Positions 48,116-58,218 of a DNA stretch of 64,000 nt are shown here, in pieces; within the stretch, counting starts at the first letter, position 1; each line of letters begins with the position of its first letter. The notes beneath the pieces were generated by a model. The model saw only the letters and a list, made by a program, of their open reading frames with translations, made no database searches and was not told the origin of the DNA. The translations under genes were made by a program, and so were the position numbers. Source of the DNA: Polyangiaceae bacterium (GTDB taxonomy: Bacteria > Myxococcota_A > Polyangia > Polyangiales > Polyangiaceae); assembly GCA_050287085.1 (NCBI GenBank), contig JBNKBE010000016.1, positions 86,541-150,540 on the forward strand, written 5' to 3'.

Positions 48116-49045
48116 CTAGCTTGCTAGGCGTGAACTCAGGCGGCGATAGAGCTCGATCGACGCGTCGACTTCTGACTTTCTGATCGAAACGCTTTCCACG
48201 TTGATCCCAATGGGCAGGCGCTTTGCGCGCGCGTAGTCCTGCACGTCCGAGAAAACGCTCTCGCACAAGTCGATAGAGCGCTCGAGAGTATCGGTTGCGT
48301 GTCGCAACTCGTTCTCGAGCCAACGCGGAAAGGAAATGCCCAGCCACTTCATGAATTCCAGTGTGCGGACCGAGCCGCAGGGCGAGAAGGTGAGCACTAG
48401 CGGAGCGGGCAAGTGATTGCCGTCTTGCAGCGATAGGGCGTAGTCAGAGAGCAATGACTTGGTCGAGGATGCGTCGTATACGGACTGCGTGACGAAGAAA
48501 CGACACCCCGCGTCCTGCTTGGAGATAATGCGCAGGTGTTCGTCCCGCTTCGCAACATGTCGCTCGGCGATCGCGATTCCGCCGACAACCAGGTTTGGCT
48601 CGGCGCGCGCCAGCGCGTACGCATCTGTCAAGGGCAGCCCGGAGCTGCAAGACCGACCGCGCGGCGCGCCGACGAACACGCTGAGGTGCCGGTCCCGTCT
48701 TGCGGCCAATGTTTCGAGCCACCTTGAGAAGATGTCGGGCGGACGAGCTCCCACGCAGCGGTAGACGATCTTGGGAATCGTCAGGTCGGTGAGCGCGCCG
48801 TACGCGTAGGAATCGGGATCGATGGTGGGCAGGAATGGAAAGGGACGTTCCTGGCCGGCTGGGTTCGGTTCGTCCTGGATGTCGTAGACCACCAAGCCGT
48901 CGGGAGCGAGCTCACGAAGGCGGGCAACCTGCTGCGCAACGATTCCACGCAGGCGTTCGGGTGGGGTCGACAACTTCGGCGGTGCGATGCCATAGAGGCG
49001 AATGCCGGTGGCGCCCTGATCGATCTTGTCAAAAAGTGTGGTCAA
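48116..49045 (-). CDS. Methylenetetrahydrofolate reductase-like protein
   Basis: YGIAPPK, DGLVVYDIQDE..RPFPF, GGIAIAERH, KQDAGCRFFVTQSVY, FMKWLGI. Confidence 0.8.
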   Translation of the reverse strand: MTTLFDKIDQGATGIRLYGIAPPKLSTPPERLRGIVAQQVARLRELAPDGLVVYDIQDEPNPAGQERPFPFLPTIDPDSYAYGALTDLTIPKIVYRCVGARPPDIFSRWLETLAARRDRHLSVFVGAPRGRSCSSGLPLTDAYALARAEPNLVVGGIAIAERHVAKRDEHLRIISKQDAGCRFFVTQSVYDASSTKSLLSDYALSLQDGNHLPAPLVLTFSPCGSVRTLEFMKWLGISFPRWLENELRHATDTLERSIDLCESVFSDVQDYARAKRLPIGINVESVSIRKSEVDASIELYRRLSSRLAS

Positions 49046-49247
49046 CGGAGCGCTAGTAACATCACGTTCCGGGCGAAGTCACGTCCAAGTCCACGAGCTT
49101 AGCGGGCGGAGCGCAGGCAGAGATGACCGTGGTAGTCAGACCGACCCCCGACTTTCAAACCCACCGAGCGAGAGGTGCCTTTGGACCCGATGCCGGCGGA
49201 TTTGAGTGGCGCGTGCTGGGGCGCTGAACGTATGCTCCGTGCACCTC

Positions 49248-49793
49248 ATGAGTTCGTCTTCCTCACCGGTTCAAGCCGTCGTCGCAATCTACACTGGCCC
49301 ATTGCAGGGCGTTCGCTTCGCCGATATCGACTCTGACAGTCTCGCTCATCTCGCGACGGAAGTGGAGAGCATCACGAGCGATGTGGAGAAGTTGGAAGCG
49401 CAGCTGGCGAGCTTGCGTTCAGCCCTGGCACAAAAAGAGGAATCGCTGCTGGTGCTCACCCAGCAGGCGCTCGCCTACGCGCGCATCTACGCCGAGAATG
49501 ACGAGACCCTCACTGCCGAATTGAATGCGATCGCTCTGCCTCGCGCCACCAAGCCGCGCAAGAACGGCGTGAGCAAGTCGCCTGAGCGGAAGGCGCGCGC
49601 GCCAAAGGAAGAGGGTCAGCTTGGCGCCGATAGCGCCGGCGCGGGAGCCGAAGCGGAGCTCGAAACCGTTGCCGCGGCGGCCAAGTCGAAGCGAAAAGCG
49701 CCCGCAGTGGCCGTCGAATCGGACAAGGAAGCGATCGCCACAAGACCAGGGCGTCGCAAGTTGCCGACGCGTACGGGCCGCGCTGCACGCTGA
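49248..49793 (+). CDS. Hypothetical coiled-coil protein with basic Lys/Arg/Ala-rich tail
   Basis: Heptad-like helix (residues ~35-80), ALAYARIYAE, basic C-terminus. Confidence 0.65.
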   Translation: MSSSSSPVQAVVAIYTGPLQGVRFADIDSDSLAHLATEVESITSDVEKLEAQLASLRSALAQKEESLLVLTQQALAYARIYAENDETLTAELNAIALPRATKPRKNGVSKSPERKARAPKEEGQLGADSAGAGAEAELETVAAAAKSKRKAPAVAVESDKEAIATRPGRRKLPTRTGRAAR

Positions 49794-49819
49794 GAACAGG
49801 CCTTGGGCTAGGAAGAGCG

Positions 49820-50641
49820 CTAGCTGCGGAGCAGCACTGGACGCTGGTCAAGGAGTTCGGGCTCGCAGCGATTGTCGATCTCTTTCCGTTGGAACGTGAA
49901 GTAGTCTCGTGGAGTGCACCCAAGATACTGGTGGAAGGCGCGATGACACTGTGCGTAGCTGCCAAACGAGGCTTCGAGCGCGGCGCGCGTGAGAGAACTC
50001 CCCGAATCCACGAGTTGAATGAAGCGCATCAGTCGGTGCCGCGTGCGGAACGCGACCAAACGGAGGCCCAGAGTGCGATGGAAGTATCGGGAGATCTCGC
50101 TGGGCTGGACGCGAAGCTCCACCGCCAGCTGCGACGAGACGACATCGGGCCGCTCGGCAATGGCCGCGAGTGTTCGGCGCGCAAGGAGGTGACCGCGCCC
50201 GAAGTGGCCCTCGGAGTAGCCAAAGAGATCCCCGACGATGCGCTCGTGGTTCTCGGCGCCCGTTGGAGAATCAAGAGCGAGAAGTTGATGCCGAATTGCT
50301 CGCGCCTCGTCCTCGGGCAGTCGGAAGGGACGCGACTCAACGGGGAGAGGGCCCGGAAGGCAGCGCGCCGCGAGCTCAGGAGTCAGAGCGGTTACAACCA
50401 GTTCTACGTCGTCGGAAGCCTGAAGCATTTCGTGGTCCTGGCCGGGGCGTAGCAGCAGGACGTCGCCAGGACTCATGTCGAAGACGAACTCCCCAACGCC
50501 CATCCTGGCGTAACCGTGGAAGACGAAGTTCAGCTCGGGCTCCGCGTGAAAGTGCCGCGGGCGCCTGTAGGCAGGGCGGTGAAGCCACGCTTGTGCCCGG
50601 TGCCCGGGCAGCATCGGAAAAGGCTGATAGAAAGTCGTCAC
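49820..50641 (-). CDS. AraC-family transcriptional regulator
   Basis: Cupin RHFHAEPELN; C-terminal ISRYFHRTLG..AALEASFGSYAQCHRAF..GCTPRDY. Confidence 0.88.
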   Translation of the reverse strand: MTTFYQPFPMLPGHRAQAWLHRPAYRRPRHFHAEPELNFVFHGYARMGVGEFVFDMSPGDVLLLRPGQDHEMLQASDDVELVVTALTPELAARCLPGPLPVESRPFRLPEDEARAIRHQLLALDSPTGAENHERIVGDLFGYSEGHFGRGHLLARRTLAAIAERPDVVSSQLAVELRVQPSEISRYFHRTLGLRLVAFRTRHRLMRFIQLVDSGSSLTRAALEASFGSYAQCHRAFHQYLGCTPRDYFTFQRKEIDNRCEPELLDQRPVLLRS

Positions 50642-50737
50642 CGCCGTGAAGGGTAGCTCGTCCGGAAGGTGAGGTCGAACTCACAAGCCCCAAGAAATGA
50701 GAGGTTCTGGACGCGACCTCGGGGCAGGCTGACATCC

Positions 50738-51673
50738 ATGACTGTTGGTGCTCGGCTTACAACGTATTTCTATTTGTCTTCCCTCGTCCTTATTGGGTGT
50801 GGGGGGGCTTCATCCGAGCCTGCGGCGCCGGGAGAGCCACAAGCTGGCGACGACAGTCCCGCGGGTGGGGCGGGTGCTGGCGGCGGTGGCGGCTCCTCGG
50901 GTGCAAGCCCAGCGTCGGCTGGAACCCTTGGCGAAGGCGGGGCTCCAGCGAGCTCTGGGGGCGCACAATTCGACCTCCTATTTCGTGATGACTTCGACGC
51001 GCTGAACACCTCGCGCTGGCAGCTTATGACCCATTCCTGGGCGGGGAACCTCGCGGTGTTCTCGAGCAAGTCCGTCACCGTGGAAAATGGTGAGCTCTCG
51101 ATCACACTGCTGGATGCACCCGACGGCACAACGGATGATGGCGGTGCCAAGAAGACATTCTGGGGCGCTGAAGTTAGGTCGAGAGACACGATTGCGTACG
51201 GCCGAGTCAAGGCCAGAGCCAAGCTCGCGCGAGGCAGTGCCGTAGTCTCCTCATTGGTGACGATCTACACGCCCTGGCCGGCGGATAACTGGAACGAACT
51301 GGACATCGAATCCCTTGGAAAGGATCCGACCGAGATTCAGTTCAACGCAATGGTCTACACCGGACCGCTACCCGCGTCGACGACTCCGGTGAGTCCTACG
51401 CAGGACCCAACTCTATACGCCCTTGGCTTTGACTCGAGTGCCGACTTTCACGAATACACGATTGAGTGGACACCTGAGTCAGCGAAGTACTTTGTCGACG
51501 GTGAGCTGGCGCATACCTGGGATGCTTCTATCGACTTGATGACGCTGCCACAGAATATCTTGCTGACGATCTGGGCGTCCGACAGCGCTTCCTGGGCAGG
51601 GCCGGTCGACGCGACCACGAGCGGTGCTCGCGCGGTCTATGACTGGATCGAAGTCTACGAGTACCACCCCTGA
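50738..51673 (+). CDS. Glycoside hydrolase family 16 lipoprotein (beta-glucanase-like)
   Basis: Lipobox LIGC, linker, FRDDFD, YGRVKAR, NELDIE (ExDxE), DFHEYTIEWTP..YFVDG. Confidence 0.88.
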   Translation: MTVGARLTTYFYLSSLVLIGCGGASSEPAAPGEPQAGDDSPAGGAGAGGGGGSSGASPASAGTLGEGGAPASSGGAQFDLLFRDDFDALNTSRWQLMTHSWAGNLAVFSSKSVTVENGELSITLLDAPDGTTDDGGAKKTFWGAEVRSRDTIAYGRVKARAKLARGSAVVSSLVTIYTPWPADNWNELDIESLGKDPTEIQFNAMVYTGPLPASTTPVSPTQDPTLYALGFDSSADFHEYTIEWTPESAKYFVDGELAHTWDASIDLMTLPQNILLTIWASDSASWAGPVDATTSGARAVYDWIEVYEYHP

Positions 51674-51838
51674 CCGCATGGGACGCCCCGGCACTCGATC
51701 TTTGCTCGCAGGGACGCGGGGAAAGGCGAACTCCAGTGCTGGCCTGGCGGATCGGCAATGTTGCACCGTCGCCGATTGCCCCGACTACGACGGCCTCCCG
51801 GGGGCCATCGTGCAGCGACTCGTGGGCTACCCGGACGC

Positions 51839-52396
51839 CTAGAGTCTGACGCAGAGCAGCAGCTGGTCGAAGTGGTTACAGGCAGCGGAACAAAGTGAGA
51901 GAGCCGCGGCTGTACCGCTTGTCACGAAGTATCCCGCAGCATCCAGCTGGGGAGTGCATTCTGCTGGCCCATCAAGTTCGGGCAATACGCTTCCGCTGCC
52001 ATCAACGCCGGCCCAGACGACTACCTCAGTCGGAGAGATATCCTCTCCACGGCGACCGACGCCGAATTGAGCGACATCGAATTCGCAGGGGAGGCTGGCG
52101 TCCGTCGAGTCCAGCTCGACCCAGACGACGGGTTCGCATTCGGGCAGGTCATGGGCGGCATCACAGGGCAGATCCACGAATCGCTGAGCTTGCGGCTGGC
52201 CTCCGCAGGCCTGGTCGCCGGGTGCGGTGGTGGCGAGTGCAGCTGCGTTACCGGCGTCGATCCTGGGCAACGTGGCCTCGGGGGAACTATGAATCTTGGC
52301 TATCGCGGTGTCCCCGCCGCTGCAGGCGAGGGCCGCGAGTTGGCAGCTGAGCGCAGCTGACGCCCAGACTGTTGCTTTGGCGGCGGGTGATTTCAT
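51839..52396 (-). CDS. Hypothetical Cys-rich lipoprotein
   Basis: Lipobox ALAC; LPCEF and LSLCSAAC segments. Confidence 0.55.
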   Translation of the reverse strand: MKSPAAKATVWASAALSCQLAALACSGGDTAIAKIHSSPEATLPRIDAGNAAALATTAPGDQACGGQPQAQRFVDLPCDAAHDLPECEPVVWVELDSTDASLPCEFDVAQFGVGRRGEDISPTEVVVWAGVDGSGSVLPELDGPAECTPQLDAAGYFVTSGTAAALSLCSAACNHFDQLLLCVRL

Positions 52397-52403
52397 CGGG
52401 GTG

Positions 52404-53049
52404 CTAGCCGGCGAGAAACTGTTGCACGAGGGCAGCTGTCAACGGGGGGGCTTCCTGCATTGGATAGTGTCCGGAATCGGCGTTCGGCACAACCGTAACG
52501 CGGTCGCAGAAGGCCTCCAGGGCGGCCGCGACGGCAGTCTGCCTCATCGGCGGTGCGTCTTGTTCACCGGTGATGGCTAGACTGCGGGGCCAGCTGCTTG
52601 GCTCGGGCTTCGTCATCCGCATTAGCCAGCGCACGCAGGCCCGACAGCGTGGCGTCATCAACCCGGAAACCGGCGGGCAGCGCCGGGGTCACGACGACGG
52701 CTTTCTCGATTCGGTCGGCGTATTGCTGTGCCAGGTGGAGTGCGATGAGAGAGCTCATTGAATGACCGACGATGGCAAATCGCGACCAGTCTAGCGCATC
52801 CGCCAGCCCAAGGATGTCTGTCGCGGACTCCCTGAGGGTGAACTCTCCGCTGCGGGCAATCGAGCTTCCGTAGCCGCGCAGATCGGCGAAGGCAAAGGTG
52901 AATCGATCGAGGTCAAGAAGGTGCCGGGTGCCATCCCACGTCGAGGTGTCGCAGAGCCAGTCATTCAGAACGACCACGTGCCTCAGACCGGAGCCCAAGA
53001 GGTCGTGGCCAATGGTCAGCTGCTGCCGGGTCCTGTCAGTCGCGTTCAT
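52404..53049 (-). pseudogene. Alpha/beta hydrolase, frameshifted near 52580 with probable internal deletion
   Basis: The N-part (DLRGYG, VGHSMS) ends at stop 52564; the C-part (LAITGEQDAP..SGHYPMQEAP) is in another frame. Confidence 0.75.
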
Positions 53050-53069
53050 GGGTGTGTGATCTCATCCTG

Positions 53070-54200
53070 CTACTCGCGTCCAGGCTTTGTTCTCGTAGCA
53101 GCACGCACCATTTTGGTAAACTCCTTGTGCTTCCGATGTACGAGGTGCCGTGAGTGCGCGTCGTGCCGCGCCTGCTGACGGAGGGATTCGTCGGAGAGCT
53201 GTCGGTAGCTTTCGAGTTCTTCTGGTGAGAGGTCGCCGCGCCGGACCGCTGCTTGGACGGCGCATCCTGACTCGCTTTCGTGTCCGCAGTTCGAGAAGCG
53301 GCACTCGCGGGCAAGCTCGCTGATGGCGGGAAAGCCCGCGTCGGCACTTTGTCCCAATGCTACCCCGAACTCACGCATCCCCGGCGTGTCGAGCACAAGT
53401 GTGCCTCCGGCGGTGCGAAGGAGGAGGCGCCGTGTCGTCGTGTGGCGGCCTTTTGCGTCTGCGTCGCGCACCGCTCCGGTCGCCAATGCCTCTTGCCCGA
53501 GGAGTCGATTGATAAGGGTGGACTTGCCGACTCCCGATGACCCCACGAAGGCGACTGTCTCGCCTTCGGCAAGCCACGACGCGAGGGAATCAGAAGGATC
53601 GCGCTCGATCGCACTGCAGAAGACCATTTCAGTATCGCGAAGCCGTCCCTTGAGCGGGTCAAGCTGGGCTTCGTCACCTGGAGCCAGGTCTACCTTGTTC
53701 ACTAGAATAACTGGGAGAGCGCCTCCGTCTCGTATCGCGGCGACATAACGCTCCAGCCGGCGTGGGTTCAGAGAGCGCGAAGTTTGCTTCTCCGTTGTTG
53801 AGAACGCAGCTACGACAAATACGACATCCACGTTTGCTGCAACCACTTGCGTTGAGCTATCGGCAGCAACGGACTGTCTGGCTAGCTGTGATGAGCGAGC
53901 GAGTACGCTGACAATGCGTGGCGCATCGGAGTCGTCCCAGGTGACCCAGTCGCCGGGAGCCACGACTAGGTCAGATGAGGGGCGGACGGCAGCTTCGGCG
54001 AGGCCGTCCCCCCAGCTGGATGCGCTGGCAGCATTGGGGAGCGCTGGGCCATCAGGGGCCGTAGTGACAACGCGACAAAGCCCCCGATCGACGGCGGTGA
54101 CGCGGCCTAAGGTGGACCTGGAGTTGAGGGCGAGGTAGCTCTGAAGATGGACGGGCTTGAGCCCAAGTGATGCGAGTCGGGAGAAATCAGGCTGCGACAT
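53070..54200 (-). CDS. rsgA: Ribosome small subunit-dependent GTPase A family (RsgA/YjeQ)
   Basis: GDWV, AANVD, RLERY, NKVD, GSSGVGKSTLIN, GRHTTT, DTPGMRE, CRFSNCGHESESGC. Confidence 0.93.
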   Translation of the reverse strand: MSQPDFSRLASLGLKPVHLQSYLALNSRSTLGRVTAVDRGLCRVVTTAPDGPALPNAASASSWGDGLAEAAVRPSSDLVVAPGDWVTWDDSDAPRIVSVLARSSQLARQSVAADSSTQVVAANVDVVFVVAAFSTTEKQTSRSLNPRRLERYVAAIRDGGALPVILVNKVDLAPGDEAQLDPLKGRLRDTEMVFCSAIERDPSDSLASWLAEGETVAFVGSSGVGKSTLINRLLGQEALATGAVRDADAKGRHTTTRRLLLRTAGGTLVLDTPGMREFGVALGQSADAGFPAISELARECRFSNCGHESESGCAVQAAVRRGDLSPEELESYRQLSDESLRQQARHDAHSRHLVHRKHKEFTKMVRAATRTKPGRE

Positions 54201-54546
54201 TTGAAATCAGGCGGCGGCGCGGGTGAAGAGCCGAGCTGTGTGATGGCTGCGGGGACCGTGCCCCTGCGGTAGAAACCTGGCAAGTTGGCGCACGACTCGC
54301 CCCCACGCAAGATTCGCAGTGGCGTCCGCGACGGTGGGACAGCCGTCGGGGGCGTCGCTGAGCCGTCAGGACAAGGTGACTCGATAGGCAGCTTGAACCA
54401 TCCTGCGGACCTGATAAGGTCGCCGCTCATGCCTTTGGCGTCCTGATCCAGCCTGCCATCCGAAGGCAGGCCTCCAGTCAAGCAATCACTCAGCCGCCGT
54501 CCCGAGGGGACGCGTGGTCAGATTTCTTATTGTTAGGATCAGGAAA

Positions 54547-55017
54547 TTGAAGAATACCAAGTCATTGGAGATAAGGGTAGCGAAGGCAGCCGACATCCCA
54601 GTTCTTACAGAACTGTCTCATCGCACGGTGCTTGCCAAGTACCCCGACGTTATCGGACTGGATATGGTGCAGGGATACGTCGCCAGCGGCGCTGTCCCGG
54701 CGTACTACCGCGAGCGATTGGAGCATACTCGGGTCGCTCTACTAGAGGGACGCGTCGTGGGGTGTTATGCCGTGAAGGAAGACGCGATAGATCTGATGAT
54801 GGTCGACGTCGACTTTCACCGCGAGGGGATCGGTCATGCACTACTCGACCATGCCGAGACCCGCCTCTTCGAGACGTATGAGACGCTCTTTCTCGATAGT
54901 TTTAGCGAGAATGAGCAGGCCGTGAGTTTCTACCAGAAGCACGGCTGGAGCAATGTCACTCAGTTCAAGGATCCCGACTACGGAATCTCGATGGTGAAGC
55001 TCCAGAAGAAACGTTGA
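54547..55017 (+). CDS. GNAT-family N-acetyltransferase
   Basis: VDVDFHREGIGHALL, NEQAVSFYQKHGW. Start uncertain. Confidence 0.88.
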   Translation: MKNTKSLEIRVAKAADIPVLTELSHRTVLAKYPDVIGLDMVQGYVASGAVPAYYRERLEHTRVALLEGRVVGCYAVKEDAIDLMMVDVDFHREGIGHALLDHAETRLFETYETLFLDSFSENEQAVSFYQKHGWSNVTQFKDPDYGISMVKLQKKR

Positions 55018-55024
55018 AGCAAAC

Positions 55025-55054
55025 GCCCCCTGGCTGCGTGGGCAGCTAGGGGGC
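55025..55054. terminator. 13-bp hairpin between convergent GNAT and MFS genes
   Basis: GCCCCCTGGCTGC-GTGG-GCAGCTAGGGGGC (one G-U pair), 8 bp after the GNAT stop. Confidence 0.55.
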
Positions 55055-55229
55055 CCTAGACATGACGACCGGTTCGAGCCTGTGATTGCCGCGCCAGGAT
55101 CGCGGCAGTTACGCGGTCAGGTAAGGGCTAGGCCGTTGTTCCATTGCTTCAGCACCATGGCGGCCCGAGCTTTCAATTGCTCTGGGACACGTCTCGAGGC
55201 CATCGACCAGCCTCGGCCATTGGGTGGCC

Positions 55230-56753
55230 CTACGCCGCTGCAGACGGCGCTTTATCCAGATGCGGAATGAACGGGATCAGGAGCATGGAGGGCACCGTCG
55301 CGAGGAAGGTGAACCCGAAGTAGGGGGCGTAGCCGACCGCCTCCGCGAGGAACCCACTGGTGACGCCTGCAGTCGTGAAGCCAACGCTCATCAGCGCGGT
55401 GACGATAGCCATGTGGGCGGCGCGGTGGCTTGGGGCGGCGCACCGCATGATGTAGACCATGAAGACCGCGGTCCCCAGCCCCGCGCCGAGATTCTCGGCG
55501 ATGATGACGAAGGCGAGAGTGGCGGTCGAGGTCCGAGCGGGGTCGCCGAGCGCCACGAGCATGTAGAGGAGGTTCAAGACGTTCTGGGACAGCACGAACG
55601 GCCAGATCCAGCGTCTCAGACCCCCGCGGGAGATCAGGAAGCCGCCGACCATCGACGCGACGATGGTCGCTGCGACCCCGATGGTCGCGGTCAGCAGCCC
55701 GAACTCGCCCTCGCTCATCTGCACCTCCTTGAGGAGGAAGGGCGTTCGCATCTTGAGCAGGAAAGACTCGCCTAGCCGGAAGGTGACAACGAAGGCAAGC
55801 GCCCGACCGATGCGCGGCTGCTCGAGGAAGGTGACGTAGGCCTGGGCGAAGTCGGAGCCGCTCCGCTCGATACGGCGGCGTATGCGGGGGAGCAGCGCGA
55901 ACGTCACCAACAAGCCCGCGAGCAGGAGGATGCCGATCCAACCGGAGGTGGAGAGCTTCGATGTCCACGGCAGCGCGGACTCCAGCGCGTGGCCCGCCGA
56001 TGCGAGGGTGCCAGACAGCAGCCCACTCCTGCGTTCGAGGATGATCAGTGCGAGCGCGAGGCCGAAGAGCAAGAGCCCACGACGGCTGACCAGGAGGCGG
56101 CCGAGCTGGCGAGCGGGTTTCTGGCGGGGCTCGGCGTGGGGCAGCAGGCGTGCGTGACCGAGCGCCAGGAGAAAAAGCACGGCGGCCGTCACGGTCCAGG
56201 CTACGGGCCAGCTGGTGGCGCCTGCCAGCATGAGGAAGCCGCCAAAGCCCGCCAAGGTGGCGACGCGGTGGCCCGCGACGCGCAGCCCCACGTAGCGGGA
56301 CTGCCCCGCCTCGTCGAGCGCCTCGAGGTAATAGCCGTCGACGGCGATGTCGTGGGTCGCCGAGGCGATCGCGAGCAGCACGAACGCGGCCGAGCTCACC
56401 GCGAGCGCTGCCCCGCTCGAGGACGTGAACGCCAGCAGCAAGACCAGCAGCCCCAAGACGAGCTCGAAGACCCACAGCCAGGTTCGCTTGGTCTCATAGG
56501 CGTCGACCAGCGGGCCCCACAGGAACTTGAGGTTCCACGGGAGATGGAACACCGCGGTCAGGCCGATGGTGCCGAGACTGGCCCCCATCAGGGTGAACAT
56601 TGCGTCGGCGACGTTGTTGACGAGGGCGTACGGCAGCCCCTCAGCGAAGTAGGTCGTGGAGACCCAGCCAGCTTCGCGGCCCCACCCTTTGTCGTTTTCA
56701 TGGTCCCGCCCGGCCGTGGGGGGCGGAGCCGGAAGGGGTGCAGTGGCACTCAT
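55230..56753 (-). CDS. AmpG-like MFS transporter
   Basis: WVSTTYFAEGLP, LPWNLKFLWGPLVD, SATHDIAVDGYY, FRLGE, YAPYF. Confidence 0.85.
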   Translation of the reverse strand: MSATAPLPAPPPTAGRDHENDKGWGREAGWVSTTYFAEGLPYALVNNVADAMFTLMGASLGTIGLTAVFHLPWNLKFLWGPLVDAYETKRTWLWVFELVLGLLVLLLAFTSSSGAALAVSSAAFVLLAIASATHDIAVDGYYLEALDEAGQSRYVGLRVAGHRVATLAGFGGFLMLAGATSWPVAWTVTAAVLFLLALGHARLLPHAEPRQKPARQLGRLLVSRRGLLLFGLALALIILERRSGLLSGTLASAGHALESALPWTSKLSTSGWIGILLLAGLLVTFALLPRIRRRIERSGSDFAQAYVTFLEQPRIGRALAFVVTFRLGESFLLKMRTPFLLKEVQMSEGEFGLLTATIGVAATIVASMVGGFLISRGGLRRWIWPFVLSQNVLNLLYMLVALGDPARTSTATLAFVIIAENLGAGLGTAVFMVYIMRCAAPSHRAAHMAIVTALMSVGFTTAGVTSGFLAEAVGYAPYFGFTFLATVPSMLLIPFIPHLDKAPSAAA

Positions 56754-56827
56754 GGGCTCCCGTCTGTATAGACGCTTCAGTCGCATCAAGCGAAGAAGTG
56801 GATCAAACGCAGCGCGGCAGCGGCGGC

Positions 56828-57990
56828 CTAGGGCGCTTCCGATACGTCGTCGAGGGTTGGCAGCGTACCTTTGCCGAGGGTCCGTGCGAGGCGAAAGCCG
56901 TGGGCGGTGGAGGGGAGGGCGGGCGCTGCTCCTAGGGAGCTCGCCACTCGCAACAGCGAAGGCCAGGCGATGACCAGCCCGCCGACAATGGGTCGATGGT
57001 CAGAATCCAAGCCCAGTTCCCCAAAGGGGTCAGTGGCAAAGGGAGCGGGTGAGCGTGCCCGCTCCCGGTCGTGAAGAAGTTCTGCCGCGTTTCCTAGCAA
57101 GTCGTAGAGCCCCCAGGCGTTGGGCAGCTTCAGACCCACGGGGTGGGTCCGACGACCCGAGTTCACGCTGTACCAGGCGATCGGATTGAGGTTTGTGTCT
57201 TCGAAACAACCCTTGTTCTCCAGCGCCTCATCGACAGTCATGGGACCCGAGTAATAGGCTGTTGTAGTGCCGGCCCGGGCAGCGTATTGCCATTCAGCGC
57301 GGGTGGGGAGCCGATAGCCCTCGCACTCGTAAACGGACTCGGCGTTCATCTCAAACTCCTTGCAGTAGAATCTGGCGCCGTATTTCGTCTTGGCGCAGCC
57401 GCCTACGACGTAACACGGCGAGAGGGGCGGCTCGTGAGCGGCCGACATGGCGTTGGCAAACTTCAACATTTCGAACCACAAAACGCCTCCTACCGGACAC
57501 TGGGGTTCGGTGCAGTCAAAACCATTGGCGCGGGGAGTGAACTCGAAGCCCAATTCATTCCACTGACCGACGGTGACCTCGAACTGTCCGAGTTCGAAGT
57601 CGTGGGTGATGACAACATGCCTGCTGCTCGCGGCTTTCCGAGCGCTTGGGTTCGGACTCGGGAGAGCCCCAGATGAAACAGCCCGCCGGGATCTGTCGGA
57701 TCAATGCAGGCGTCGGGGTTACAGCTCTGCTTGTATGCCTCGTAGATCTCATCAAGCGAACTCCTGGTTGGACCGAGGCGGTTCCAATTCCACAGAAACT
57801 GCAGCCAGTCGCGTTCCGTGGACATCTGCTCAATACTCCTGCCGTTGGTCGTTCGTTGGGGGCGTTGTCAGCCCAACGACACTGACAGGTTTGCCCGGTG
57901 GGGCAAGGCTGCCCGTCTACTTGCGTGCAGAATTGGGCAGCAGCGGCGCAACCCTCATCGATCGTGCATTCTGTGGAGTCCAGCGTCAGG
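56828..57990 (-). pseudogene. Disrupted FGE-sulfatase (formylglycine-generating enzyme-like) domain gene with mosaic upstream fragments
   Basis: IPAGCFIWGSPESEP..EQQ, then a frameshift near 57620 to HVVITHDFELGQFEVT..YRLPTRAEWQYAARAG..PNAWGLYDLLGNAAE..GFRLAR. Further frame changes upstream; 5' boundary approximate. Confidence 0.7.
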
Positions 57991-58182
57991 GAAGCGGGGC
58001 CGACGAAGAGCCTGCCTTCATGCACGCACGTGTCGAGACGCAGCAGCAGCGGCGGCTTGACTGTATCAAGGGTTGGTCCCACGGCAGCTCGAAGGCGAAC
58101 GCTTGGGTGAGGTGGAGGAGCGTCATCGGGGAACGTTTGCGTTTCGCCCCGAGACACGAAACTCAGCCGCTCCGAATTCCGC

Positions 58183-58211
58183 TTGACAGTCAGACGACTG
58201 GCTCCCAGAGT
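58183..58211 (+). promoter_or_regulatory. Putative promoter/TetR operator of the epimerase-peroxiredoxin-tetR operon
   Basis: TTGACA-N17-CAGAGT ending 7 bp before ATG 58219; CAGTC-N4-GACTG inverted repeat at 58187-58200. Confidence 0.45.
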
Positions 58212-58218
58212 CAGGCGC

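Noticed and set aside
55020..55100. tRNA-like GGTTCGAGCC next to a hairpin
   Set aside because: I could not fold a cloverleaf or acceptor stem; the hairpin is better explained as a terminator.
56828..57553. FGE/C-type-lectin domain as a diversity-generating retroelement target
   Set aside because: No reverse transcriptase and no template/variable repeat pair seen in the window.
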